Shown: positions 10,968 through 20,937 of the stretch, one piece after another
Numbering within the stretch: position 1 is the first letter of the stretch
How the letters are laid out: the number at the start of each line of letters is the position of its first letter
IMG/VR virus record: IMGVR_UViG_3300014501_000001
Coordinates: 1 to 64,000 of that record
Source of the DNA: a virus
Length of the DNA: 64,000 nt
Strand: one strand, 5' to 3'
Position numbers and translations under genes: made by a program
The notes under the pieces: model-generated
Told to the model about the DNA's origin: nothing
Database searches by the model: none
Seen by the model: only the letters and a program-made list of their open reading frames with translations

Positions 10968-12071
10968 CTACGCTCGCGTGACAGCGAGCGCGCTGGCGAG
11001 CGTGGCCAGGATGACCAGGTCAACATGCAGCCGGACGCGGGGCAGGCGTCGCACCCGTAGCGGGAGCATCCCCCACTCGTGCTTGAGCCGGCCGAACTCG
11101 CGCTCGACCGCGCCGCGCTGGTGATACAGATCCTTGTACCGCTCGGTCTCGCGGGGGATCAGCGGGTGCAGCCGGGATGCCTTAACCCATACCGACGCGG
11201 GCTGGCATTCACCGGAGGGACACCTCCACTTGGACGCGCCCCGCTTCGTGTCGGAGCCGGCGAAGGTCCACGTGCCGTGCTCGCACTGCGGCGGGTTTGC
11301 CTTCCCGGCCTTGACGGCGGGAGTCATCCGCAGCGGTATGACGGGCCGGATTCCCCGGCTCTCGGCTAGCTCGTAGATGTCCTCAGCGTCGTAGCCACGG
11401 TCCATGACGGCCACGGCGGGAGCGAAGCCACGCCCGGCGGCGGCGTCCAGCAGGACGGGCACGAGCGGCAGTTCGGAATCCTTCGCCGTCTCCACCTGCC
11501 ATGCCACCGGCAAGCCCGTAACGGTGCAGACGGCGGCATGCACCTTGTAGCCGTAATAGCCACCTCCGGAGCGAGTGGAAATGGATGAGCGGTGACCCCA
11601 GGTGGCGTCCGGGTCGGAGAACCGCTTACGCAGCGCACCGCCCCGTGAAACGTATTTCTGGCCATTCGCGTAGGCCGGAAGGTCGCTTCCGTCAATGGCG
11701 ACGGTCTGGCCCATTCCCGGCTTGACGGCGCGCAGTGAGGCGAGAACCGCATCGATGCACGCGGTGAGCATGTCGCCGTGCAGCCGGAGCTTCGCCCCGA
11801 AGCGGTAGGCGGCATCCACGGACGGGACCGCCCCCAGCACGTCGCGCAGCGCGGCGTGGTCACGGACCAGCGCGACGGTTCGGGTCCAGGTCGGGAGCGT
11901 GTACAGGCTCTTGACCAGCGTCAGGCCGACCATCGCCCGCAGCGGGTAGCCGGGTCGCCCGGTCCACCGGGTCGTCTCAAGCTGAGCGATCAGCCCGGCA
12001 ATCTCAGGGCTGTCCAGCAGCAAGCGGACCTGTGCAGCGTCGCGGGGCAGTGATACCGTGGTAGCGGCCAT
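10968..12071 (-). mobile_element. DDE transposase (IS4/IS5/IS1182-like)
   Basis: GRPGYP, AIDGS, DPDATWG, GYKVH, MDRGYD, YHQRGAVEREFGRLK; no terminal inverted repeats found. Confidence 0.85.
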
Positions 12072-12093
12072 GGGGTCCTATCCCTTGGTCCAA

Positions 12094-12170
12094 GCCCCCG
12101 GAGTGTTGACGCACTCGCGGGGGCGCCTGTCATTTACTTACAGGCTCATTTTATCCAAGGGGTCTGACAA
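12094..12170 (-). promoter_or_regulatory. RecA-NDp/PafBC-like promoter plus CGUCAA hairpin leader (copy 1)
   Basis: TTGTCAGAC-N8-TAAAAT, then GCCCCCGCGAGTG-CGTCAA-CACTCCGGGGGC. Confidence 0.6.
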
Positions 12171-12185
12171 TCCCTGCTGCCTAAG

Positions 12186-12629
12186 CTATGCAACAGCGAA
12201 ACGCACTGACTCATTTCTGACGAAGGCTATATTCAAGGAGTCGAAAACTCCCATGCGACCGAGCAACGGCATGGGGCAGGCTTCGGAGAAAAGGGCCAGT
12301 ACCTCTATCCCCTTGCCGAAAATGTGGGCGACGAGATCTGCTGCGGGTAGCTTTATCTTCTCCCCTCCAAACGCATGGGCAGCATCCTTTTTTGGCAGGT
12401 CGTCCGCCGACAAATGGAATACCTGAAGAAGTGAGGTGGGAAGAAAAGTACAGTCGGAACCCGAATCTACCAGGCAGCCGAGACGCTTATGGCCGAGAAG
12501 CCGCCCTGCTGCGTCAATGGCCGCAAACTCCACATAAATTGCTGGCTCAGGTAAGCCCGCACCAAACATAAAGCTATATGGCTCGCCGTGCGTGAACGTC
12601 AAAACGTGAGGCTTTCGGAGGCGGTCCAA
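12186..12629 (-). CDS. Retropepsin-like aspartic protease
   Basis: CLVDSGSDCTF and PLLGRMGVF motifs; lower GC. Confidence 0.8.
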   Translation of the reverse strand: MDRLRKPHVLTFTHGEPYSFMFGAGLPEPAIYVEFAAIDAAGRLLGHKRLGCLVDSGSDCTFLPTSLLQVFHLSADDLPKKDAAHAFGGEKIKLPAADLVAHIFGKGIEVLALFSEACPMPLLGRMGVFDSLNIAFVRNESVRFAVA

Positions 12630-12633
12630 TTAC

Positions 12634-12969
12634 TTACCCCGCCAGGCGCCCTGAAGATCGCACAAAGACCAGGGTAGCGCCGCGCGTCTCGTCCTCGTCA
12701 AAGTCGGTGGGCGAGCCTTCCACGGCGATTACGCGCCCGCTTGCCTCATCCAGCGCTACCCAGCGACCCCTGTATGCGGCGGCCTGCCGGGTCCGTTGCC
12801 ATGCGACCACGGGATCAGCGCTCGCAGGGGACTCATCTGGACCTGATGCTCCAGGAACGACCGTGGACCCGACGGACTCGTACGGTACAGGGCTCTGCGC
12901 CGCTTCCTGATCAGGATCAGGTTCAACAGTCGTTGACAAGAACCGGCGCGTCTTATCCTCGTCAGGCAT
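12634..12969 (-). CDS. DUF5678-like small protein
   Basis: YRGRWVAL...GRVIA motif; upstream of the retropepsin gene. Confidence 0.55.
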   Translation of the reverse strand: MPDEDKTRRFLSTTVEPDPDQEAAQSPVPYESVGSTVVPGASGPDESPASADPVVAWQRTRQAAAYRGRWVALDEASGRVIAVEGSPTDFDEDETRGATLVFVRSSGRLAG

Positions 12970-13321
12970 CTTCCCCTCCAGACGGAGTTTGGCCCGCTTC
13001 CACTTCAGGTAGCATGCGAGGCGCAAGCTGCTCTACGCTGGGAAGCGGGCCAAATTTAGACTCCCAATCCGATACAGCCTTGGTGAGCAAGTTGGCCAGT
13101 ACCTTCGCGTGCGTAGGCGAAACGAGAATCCGAACAACCGTCTGTGAAGTGAGGCGCTGATTCTCGACAGTGCTGTCAGGTGCCGGAAATGAAAGAGTGA
13201 AGGCGACAGCTAGATCCCACTGCGTCATGCCTATTTGTGCGCCGTTCACATATTGCGCAGTAGCCTCAACCGAGTCCTGGGGCGATGGCGACGTAGTCCC
13301 CCATGGCAGCGTATAAGTCAC
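12962..13321 (-). CDS. DUF3467-like protein
   Basis: YVNGAQIGMTQWDL...RILVSPTHAKVLANLL...WESKFGPL. Confidence 0.7.
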   Translation of the reverse strand: MTYTLPWGTTSPSPQDSVEATAQYVNGAQIGMTQWDLAVAFTLSFPAPDSTVENQRLTSQTVVRILVSPTHAKVLANLLTKAVSDWESKFGPLPSVEQLAPRMLPEVEAGQTPSGGEDA

Positions 13322-13575
13322 TAAGAGCCCCCTCCTGCTGATTCGGGGCTACCCTCGGCCCAGCGGATCACAGCGGCGCCCCGCCGAACGCGCGTGCGTA
13401 AGCGATCAGGCATAGGCCAAACGATACAGCTTACTCCTATGATCAGTTGATCATCTGTATCCCCTCCCTTCCACTACAGGATGGGTCTGACTCCGCGCGC
13501 CTAGATTACCCTTACTGCCGGGCGTGGGGTAATGATCAAGGAATCGTGGGGTCTAGCATGATCACCAAGCCGGCC

Positions 13576-15960
13576 TTACCGCAGGTCAGGTGAGTTTCGC
13601 CGGACCCTCCTAGTGGCTGACGGGCCTCTCATCGCCCGCTGCACGGAAACGATGGCACCGAGGCGGGAGCCGTCTTTGCCGATGATCCAGACTGTCTCGC
13701 CGTGGCCGGCTGAGCGGACCGCCTGCCGCAGGGCATCGCGCACGGGCTGCGGGGCGATCCTGTCAATGTGCAGCTCACCCGTCACGACTTCCTCGCCAGC
13801 CACCCACGGCAGCAGCCCGCTCCCGCCGCAAGGATCGTAGTTCCTCGCGGATCCGCAGTACAGGTAGTGGGTCTGCACCGTGCCGTCTTTGCGCAGCCGG
13901 AACGAGTAGCGGCAGCGGGAGCACCGGCCGCGCTTCACGGGGGCGGCACTCCCGTCCTCCGCGCCTCCGCGAGCGACAGCGCATCCACGTTAGCACCGCC
14001 TACCGCGGCTTCATGGCAGCGGTCCTTGTGGTCCTGGCCTGCGAGCCGTCCGCAGTGCGGGCACCTTTCCGTGAGGCTGGGGCAGTCGCAGGCCATCAGG
14101 CCTCCGTCTCGCGGAGTTTGCGCTCGAGCCGTTCCGCCCGGACCGGATCCGTGGTCAGCCCCGGATGGCACAGGAAGTCGCACACGTCGCTGCCTGCACC
14201 GAGCACAATGCAGTCACCGTTGCAGCCGTGGCGGCAGTCGGACGGGTCGATCAGCGGCACGATGGACGCCAGCCACTCATCGTCAGCGACCGGGGCCAGC
14301 TCGCGTGCCAGCTCGCGCCGCTCGATCCGCCGCCGCCAGCGGGTCGTGTCGTCATCCCGGCAGCACCGGCACTTGTAGCCGCCCGGTCCCCGGCAGTAGC
14401 GGCCGAGCATCTTGCGCTGGCTGACGGCCATCACGCCACCTCCAGCCTGTCAGGATGCACCCTGCCGCCTTCCAGGTAGCCACCCGGCAGGTAGTCGGCC
14501 CGCGCCTCGTCGTCCAGCAGAGCCCAGCATTCATCGCACGGGAAGTCGCGCAGGGGCCCGTGGAACACGATGAAGGACCCGAGGAACGGCAGGTCTAGGC
14601 AGACGGACGGGTTGTCCCATTCATCGCTGCCGGTCCAGATCCACAGGCGCCACCAGTGCGTGCAGGACCACGGCGGCCACCACATGAAGCGGCGGCCGAT
14701 GTTCACCTGACCGCGCGCCATCAGGGACTCATCTCCCGCGCTTCCACCACCGCGTTGTGAGCCCGGCAGGCATCCTGCGCCAGTTCCCGCGCGAACATGA
14801 CCCCGATGAAAGGATCACGCCCGGGGTCCGGCTCCGCGCCGAGCTGGGCGTAGATGGTCTGGCCGGCGCCGGGGAATCCCCGCTTGGTGCCGGTGCGCCA
14901 CGGGAGCTTCATCGCGGCGTGAGCGTCGCGGTAGTCCATGGCCATCAGATCGAGCTGTTGAAGGCCGCCACGGGAACCGGCTGCGGCACGACCAGCCTTC
15001 TCAGTGCCTCATCCAGCACGTCGTCTGACAGCGAGGGGAAGTCACCGAGGGGGACGGAGCGGAGATCCGGCAGTGCGGTCCCGATCACGGCTGCTGGTGC
15101 CACGGCTCCTCCTCGGTGCGCTCTTGCTGGCGTTCTAGTGCAGGTACACGGGCCGCAGGGTCAGTTCCTCATCGCCGCCCGGAAGCTCCTGCTCGTCCGC
15201 GACCTGGACGCCGCCCATCGTGAACAGGCCAAGCTCCGGCTCGCACGGTCGCAGCAGCGCGAGCACCGCGCCGGCAGTGCCGTGGCCGGCCGCGAACGGG
15301 ATCTCAAGGATCCCGCCGTTATAGATGATCTTCTGCCTGTCGATGGCGCTCACCCTCAGCATTCTACCGCTCACGCCCTGCTATCCCTAGTGCCTCCGGT
15401 GCTTCCTGTGCCGCCTGTTCATCATTGGCGGCTCACCCGAGCAGAAGGCCGCGTAGCCGGCACCCAGGGCGACGACAGCGGCGATGCCCAGGCGGATCAG
15501 GTGATCATGCAGCACGCGCCGATCATGGCACCTGACCGGGTTTGCACGCGGTAGCCACACCGTCACCGCTGCCACCACAGCCACATCACCGCATCGAAGG
15601 CCACGATGCCGGCCAGGGCAGCGAAGACGGCAGGGCGCAGCCACTCGTCCCGGAACTCGCGCAATGCCTTGCGGAGTGCCTTCAGGGGCTGCGGGCGCGG
15701 TGCCGGGTATCCCGCTTGCTGCGGGTGCCAGTGGCGGCCAGGGCCGGTCACGGGCTTACCTCCAGAAGTTCGCATGCCCGCAGGTAGACCGAGTGGGACA
15801 TCTCCGCGCACACGCAGGATGACGGATCCGGGCACTGGCCGTCCGGGTGCAGCGGGATGTCGAGTTCCCCCATGGCCTGCCAGAAGGCGCGGATGACGCT
15901 CTGGTCATGCGGCGGCAGGGTGTTGAGCCGGGCCGCGATGGTCGCGTTAGCGGCGCTCAC
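13576..15960 (-). CDS. Cluster of small leftward hypothetical genes (13576-13938, 14096-14431, 14431-14721, 14721-14939, 15135-15362, 15563-15751, 15748-15960)
   Basis: Coupled short ORFs, several Cys-rich. Confidence 0.5.
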
Positions 15961-16415
15961 CGGGACTCATCCCAGTCACCCTGAGCGGGCCCGCGCCACG
16001 GCTCTCCGGTCTCCACGGGGGCAACGTACTGCCGCGGCCCCTCCGTAGTCCCGGTAGCTGTCACCCTGTCAGGGACGGCGGAGAGCGTGCCAAGGTAGGC
16101 GCGGGCGACCGCAAGAGCCTGCGGAAAGCGCAAGGGGAATATGCGCGCGTCCTCAGCCTCAGCGTCCAGCCAGTCAGCGACAGCAAGGGCGGGCTCGCGG
16201 CTCCAGCCCGCGATGTGCTCGGCGTCGCGGTGGTCGGCTTTCCATTCCTTCCGGCCGCAGAACGTGACCCTGACGCGCTCCCGCAGGTGCCCGTCGTTGT
16301 GGACCGCGCAGCCCTCCGAGCCCATGCACATGTGCGCCCAGCGGCCCTGCGATGCCCCCTCGGCGCGCTCCCGGATCAGTGCTGCGGCTTCACGCAATTC
16401 GTCGGCGTCGCTCAT
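15957..16415 (-). CDS. Ead/Ea22-like protein, paralog of 6342-6758
   Basis: Shares CMGxEGCxVxNDGHLR and GRKEWKADH with the other copy. Confidence 0.6.
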   Translation of the reverse strand: MSDADELREAAALIRERAEGASQGRWAHMCMGSEGCAVHNDGHLRERVRVTFCGRKEWKADHRDAEHIAGWSREPALAVADWLDAEAEDARIFPLRFPQALAVARAYLGTLSAVPDRVTATGTTEGPRQYVAPVETGEPWRGPAQGDWDESR

Positions 16416-16799
16416 CTCTCAGCCGCCCTGTCTGCCGGGTCACTCAGGGTAATGACGTGATGCTCCACATGGGATACCACCATCACCCGCTCTGGTCCCT
16501 TGTCGGGGATGATGCGGACCGTATCCCCCTTGGTAACGGTCACGAGTGCGGCGTCTCCTTCGAGCACGCGGACGGGCTTCGCCTTTTCTGCCCAATAGTC
16601 GCTCATCGGTCCTCCCCTGCAGGTGGCTGGCCGTACAACTCCGGATGGTCGGCCATGTAGAGCGCTGAGCAGAACGGGCAGCTGACATCCTCGGCCGAGT
16701 CGGATCGCGGCTCGGCCATGCCGATCACTCCGCAGTAGGCGCGATGCCGACTTGAGCCGACTAGGTGGACGCGCTCGCTCAGCGGGTATGGCCTCGGCC

Positions 16800-16982
16800 T
16801 CATCGTTCCTCCTGTCCAGTCTCACGGGTATCCGGGGATAGCTGGGAACGGAGACGGGAGAGTGCCTCAGCGAGGATGGCGTTGACAGCCTGCCCGGTTG
16901 CCTTCGCGTGCGCGAGCAGCCATGCCCGGTCGTCAGGCGCGGGCCGGAAGCACACGGGGCGCTCGGCGTGACGGTCAGGCAT
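16800..16982 (-). CDS. Ribbon-helix-helix DNA-binding protein
   Basis: PVCFRP...AWLLAHAKATGQAVNAILAEAL. Confidence 0.65.
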   Translation of the reverse strand: MPDRHAERPVCFRPAPDDRAWLLAHAKATGQAVNAILAEALSRLRSQLSPDTRETGQEER

Positions 16983-17245
16983 CAGGAAATCCCGAGCAGT
17001 CCCGCCAGCGGGTCCGAGCGCCGCTTGGCCACGAACATGGCGCAGACCTGGATGCCCGTGAGGAACCCAACAATCCCTTCCTTGGTGACGAACTTGAGGA
17101 TCTGGCCGTTCCAGCCGACGATCCACTGCTCTCCGAGCGGCTCAGTCGGCAGCACGTACTCGATGAGGCCACCGTCCTGGTAAGCCTTCAGGTCTTCGTA
17201 GATCCGCTCGTCTGTTACTTCTGGAGGATCGGCAGTGACGTCCAT
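16982..17245 (-). CDS. Hypothetical protein coupled to the RHH gene
   Basis: RBS GAGGGAG; TGATG overlap. Confidence 0.6.
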   Translation of the reverse strand: MDVTADPPEVTDERIYEDLKAYQDGGLIEYVLPTEPLGEQWIVGWNGQILKFVTKEGIVGFLTGIQVCAMFVAKRRSDPLAGLLGIS

Positions 17246-17264
17246 CTCGTGTCTCCCTCGCTAG

Positions 17265-17305
17265 GTGGTAGACCCCACGCTAGTCCCGTGGTCTACCACT
17301 GTCAA
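17265..17305 (-). promoter_or_regulatory. Promoter with overlapping inverted-repeat operator
   Basis: TTGACA-N17-TAGCGT; GTGGTAGACC(17265-74)/GGTCTACCAC(17290-99). Confidence 0.7.
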
Positions 17306-17339
17306 GCCGGGCCGCCGTACCTGTGCCCGTACACCTCCG

Positions 17340-18092
17340 TCAGGCAGCGGGGAAGTTGAGATGGGCCGCCGCTCCCCAGCAAGCAAAGGCTGCCGCGTCG
17401 TAGGCCCGTGCAGCATCTTCCTCGTTGCTGAACCAGCCGAGGTACTGATCAGGCTCGTAATCCACGGGGCATATCAGCGCGCGCCATCGCTTCTGGGTGC
17501 TGTGCCAGGACACACCCCGGAACCGCGAGGTCTTGCCGCGCCGTAGCCGCTGGTTTCGCGACTGCTGTGATTGCGTCGCCCACCGGCAGTTCCCTGGTTC
17601 GTAGCTGCCGTCATTATCGAGGCGGTCGATGGAGGTTCCTTGCGGGCGCGCGCCCATGTCCGCATAGAAGTTTTCAAAACTGGTGAGCCAGCGTTCGCAG
17701 ACGGTGATCCCGCGACCCCCATAGTCGTCCCACCCTGGATTCTTAGGGTCAATACAACGGCGCTTCATGGACATCCACGACCGGTATTCCGGCGAATCCG
17801 TCATGCCGTGCTTTGGGTGCGCCCCCGTCAGCACGATCTCCGGGTCGCCGTGCTTGCGCCAGCGCGCATAGTGCGTTCCGCACAGCCCTCGCGCAACGGC
17901 GTCCTTGCCGCATCCGTCGAATGTGCATGTGGGGATGTGCTCGCCGCGCACGCGCTCCGCTGGCCCAGGATCACCGTGATCACGAAGGCGCCGGAGATGC
18001 ATGTTGCAGTACCCGCGCCCCTTGTGCTTGCGGTCGCATCCTTCGACGCTGCATTTACGCTCAGCCGGGGTATCGTCTCGGGCTAGGGTCAT
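17340..18092 (-). CDS. HNH-family endonuclease with AP2 domain and N-terminal Cys/His repeats
   Basis: YGGRGITVCERW, SIDRLDNDGSYEPGNCRWAT, SRFRGVSW...YLGWFSNEEDAARAYD. Confidence 0.9.
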   Translation of the reverse strand: MTLARDDTPAERKCSVEGCDRKHKGRGYCNMHLRRLRDHGDPGPAERVRGEHIPTCTFDGCGKDAVARGLCGTHYARWRKHGDPEIVLTGAHPKHGMTDSPEYRSWMSMKRRCIDPKNPGWDDYGGRGITVCERWLTSFENFYADMGARPQGTSIDRLDNDGSYEPGNCRWATQSQQSRNQRLRRGKTSRFRGVSWHSTQKRWRALICPVDYEPDQYLGWFSNEEDAARAYDAAAFACWGAAAHLNFPAA

Positions 18093-18119
18093 TTCCAGCT
18101 CCCACTGGTAGTGATCTCA

Positions 18120-18171
18120 GGCCCCGTTTGGTGTTGACGCACCGGACGGGGCCGCTTGCCCTGCAATTCTA
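18120..18171 (-). promoter_or_regulatory. -10 box plus CGUCAA hairpin leader (copy 2)
   Basis: TAGAAT, then GGCCCCGTCCGGTG-CGTCAA-CACCAAACGGGGCC. Confidence 0.6.
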
Positions 18172-18196
18172 CTCGCCTGACCTCGGGTAATGCCGC

Positions 18197-18937
18197 TTAG
18201 TCGTCATCGGGAGCGAGGGAATATCTATAAGAGACGACCCTATCCGGCGGCATGGCCGATTCGGTGTACAGCAGCGGGCCGTCGTCATCGGAGAAGATCG
18301 CCACTGGCGCGAGGATGGGCGACCCGATCCGCAGCCGCAGGTGGTCAGCTTCACGTCCATCGGCAGCCCGGCCTCGCAGGTGCTCCTCGACGTAGGTTGC
18401 CCTGCGCCGCGTGGCCCGCTCGATGAAGGCCAGGACGCCGCCGGCGACCGGCAGCGGTGCGAGCAGCGACCCCGCGTCCATCTGGCCCATGCCCGGTATC
18501 CAGTCCACGGTCAGCCGCACGGGCCGGTTCTCCTGTGACCCGACTTCCTCGCGGCGGATCACTAGGCCGCCCGGCGTGATCCCCAGCAACTCGGACACGT
18601 AGACCGGGGGCACCTGGATTGCCGCACCCGTGACCACGACCGTCTCCCCGGTGAGTTGCGACGCCGAGCGGGCCATGTCCAGCCGCTCGCGGGCTGTCGG
18701 CGCTATCACGTCGTTGCCCGCGGCGAACGTTCCCTGCGGCGAGGTCCACACCGCGCCCTCCACCTGCAGCTGCCCGATGGCCTTCGCCGCGGTCGCGCTT
18801 GAAACTCCCCAGTCCTTCGCCAGCGTGAGCACCGAGGGAAGCTGAGCGCCCGGCGGGAGTTCCCCGGACAGGATGAGCGCGCGGTAGTGGTTTGCAAGCT
18901 GCACGTAGAGCGGGGGCGGTCGCTCAGGCTGCGGCAC
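18197..18937 (-). CDS. GntR/UTRA regulator (KorSA/TraR-like)
   Basis: PLYVQLANHYRALILSGELPPGAQLPS HTH plus UTRA-like C-terminus; divergent from the transfer-like operon. Confidence 0.8.
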   Translation of the reverse strand: MPQPERPPPLYVQLANHYRALILSGELPPGAQLPSVLTLAKDWGVSSATAAKAIGQLQVEGAVWTSPQGTFAAGNDVIAPTARERLDMARSASQLTGETVVVTGAAIQVPPVYVSELLGITPGGLVIRREEVGSQENRPVRLTVDWIPGMGQMDAGSLLAPLPVAGGVLAFIERATRRRATYVEEHLRGRAADGREADHLRLRIGSPILAPVAIFSDDDGPLLYTESAMPPDRVVSYRYSLAPDDD

Positions 18938-19116
18938 TCCCGGCCTCCCCGCAATGTCGTGTCCTATGTGGCGGCAGGCTATCAGCGTGATAATCCGCGC
19001 GGTCAGTCTCCCGGCACCCATGCTAGTACGCGATTGCCACTTGCACTATGGCACACATTTGCGTATGGTCGCACTGACAGCACCCGGATTTGCTGACAGG
19101 GCCAAGAGGAGCGCGC

Positions 19117-19308
19117 ATGCCGACCTACAGCCGCCGCATAGCGACGCGCATAACCCCGGACGCCGACAACCGGCTCCGGCTGGCCGCCGTCGTCCTGCGC
19201 ATGCCGCTGTCGGCGCTCCTCACGCTCGCCATCGACAAGCAGCTTCCCCCGGCTGCCGAACTGGCCGCATCCCTGCGGGACGACGCAGATGAGGCGGTGG
19301 CGTCATGA
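19117..19308 (+). CDS. Small RHH-like protein
   Basis: RIATRITPDADNRLRLAA...LSALL. Confidence 0.55.
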   Translation: MPTYSRRIATRITPDADNRLRLAAVVLRMPLSALLTLAIDKQLPPAAELAASLRDDADEAVAS

Positions 19309-19621
19309 GCCGCTACGAGTCAGGTGCCCCGATGATCAGCGGTCCTCCACGCCGCAGGGCGCGGATCTGGGCGTGCGGCATCTGCGCTAAGCGGAAGTGG
19401 GCAGTGCGCCAGCCCCAGTGCCCGCGATGCCGCGTCCTGATGGAGGCCGAGTCATGACCACCGACACTGCCGCTTGCGCCTACCTCGCCGAGACCGCTAA
19501 GGCATACGCCGAGTATGAGGCCGAGATCACCAGGGCGACGGCGGGGGCCGGCGCCCGGTGGCACGAGAAGCTCGGCGCCGCAGCGCGCCGGCTCGAACAA
19601 GCAACTAACGGGGGAACCACC

Positions 19622-20152
19622 ATGACCGCACCCACTACCCGCACCCTGGCCGCTACCGCTGCCTGCGCCACTCTCATCGCCGCTTCCGTAGCCTGCGCCG
19701 CCATTCCGGCGTCAGCTTCCGCGCAGGCTCCCCGCTGCCGCACAGGGCAGGTAGCCGTCACCCTTGAGCACCCCGTCCGGCAGGGCGGCAACCAGGGCTG
19801 GACGATCGGGCTCCAGGACAAGGGCAACGCCGCCTGCACCGTCCACGGCTACCCGCGACTGGGGCTGGAGGGACGCCACGGCCAGCGCCTCCGCAGCACC
19901 ACGCAGGACGGCCCCACGTACTTCCACGGCGACCCCGGCCCGTCCTCGGTGCTCTTGCAGCCCGGCGGATTCGCTGTCGCGTGGCTGGCCTACGGGACCG
20001 TCAGCGGGCCCGGGAACGTCCGTGCCCATTCCCTCACCGTCCGCACCGAGGGAGCGGCATCGCACAAGACTGACGTACTCGCCAGCCGGTCCGTCACCAT
20101 CACGCGCGGAATGCTCGACGTGACCGCGTGGGCACCGAGAGGGAAGGGCTAG
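19622..20152 (+). CDS. Secreted DUF4232-like protein
   Basis: Signal peptide; C...CTVHGYP...VLLQPGG; the frame is also open from 19454. Confidence 0.7.
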   Translation: MTAPTTRTLAATAACATLIAASVACAAIPASASAQAPRCRTGQVAVTLEHPVRQGGNQGWTIGLQDKGNAACTVHGYPRLGLEGRHGQRLRSTTQDGPTYFHGDPGPSSVLLQPGGFAVAWLAYGTVSGPGNVRAHSLTVRTEGAASHKTDVLASRSVTITRGMLDVTAWAPRGKG

Positions 20153-20154
20153 CG

Positions 20155-20463
20155 ATGACCGCGCCCCTGCGCTTCGCTGCCGCCATTCCTGGCTGGCACA
20201 ATGCCGCAGCCTGCCGTCACGCGGACCCTGGCCTGTTCTTCGGCCCGGACGGCGAGAGCGACGATGGCCGCAGCCGCCGCGAGAGGCGGGCCGGCCACAT
20301 CTGCGCCGGCTGCCCGGTCCGCGCTGCCTGCGCCCAGTGGGCCGATGAGCACCAGCCCCGCGCCGGCATCTGGGCAGGCGTCAGCCACGACCGCTGGACG
20401 GCCGAGCACCGCCGGGAGAACGACCGTGCGCGGAAAGCCCGGCAGCGCGAGGTGGCGGCATGA
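20155..20463 (+). CDS. whiB: WhiB-family Fe-S transcription factor
   Basis: WHNAAAC...DPGLFF...ICAGCPVRAAC...GIWAG. Confidence 0.9.
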   Translation: MTAPLRFAAAIPGWHNAAACRHADPGLFFGPDGESDDGRSRRERRAGHICAGCPVRAACAQWADEHQPRAGIWAGVSHDRWTAEHRRENDRARKARQREVAA

Positions 20464-20897
20464 AGGCGTCATCGAAACTGGGTGCCGCAGCCGTCGCGTT
20501 CGTCGTGATGGCAGGCGTGAGCCACGGCAAGCACGGGCACCTCGGGCTGGGATCGCTGGATTCCTTCGGCGCTACGCCTGTTGGCTCCAGCACGTCCAGC
20601 GCTAACGAGCGGCTCGCCATGCACATGGCTAAGGACGCGGGCTGGCCGCGCTCGCAGCGCCGCTGCCTGGACTGGCTGTGGACCCGCGAGAGCGGATTCC
20701 AGATGGTGTGGAACACCGCAGGCAGCGGTGCCTACGGAATCCCGCAGGCGCTGCCCGCCTCGAAGATGGCGAGCGCCGGATCCGACTACATGACCAACCC
20801 GGCTACGGACATCAGATGGGGCCTGTCTTACGTGACCGGCCGCTACGGAGATGCCTGCCGTGCCTGGCAGCACGAGGAAGCCAACTCCTGGTACTGA
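20460..20897 (+). CDS. Lytic transglycosylase (SLT-like)
   Basis: CLDWLWTRESG...SGAYGIPQALP...TNPATDIRWGLSYVTGRYG. Confidence 0.9.
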   Translation: MKASSKLGAAAVAFVVMAGVSHGKHGHLGLGSLDSFGATPVGSSTSSANERLAMHMAKDAGWPRSQRRCLDWLWTRESGFQMVWNTAGSGAYGIPQALPASKMASAGSDYMTNPATDIRWGLSYVTGRYGDACRAWQHEEANSWY

Positions 20898-20937
20898 GCG
20901 GATCGCCCGCCCGGACCTAACCCGAGAGGAAAGCACG

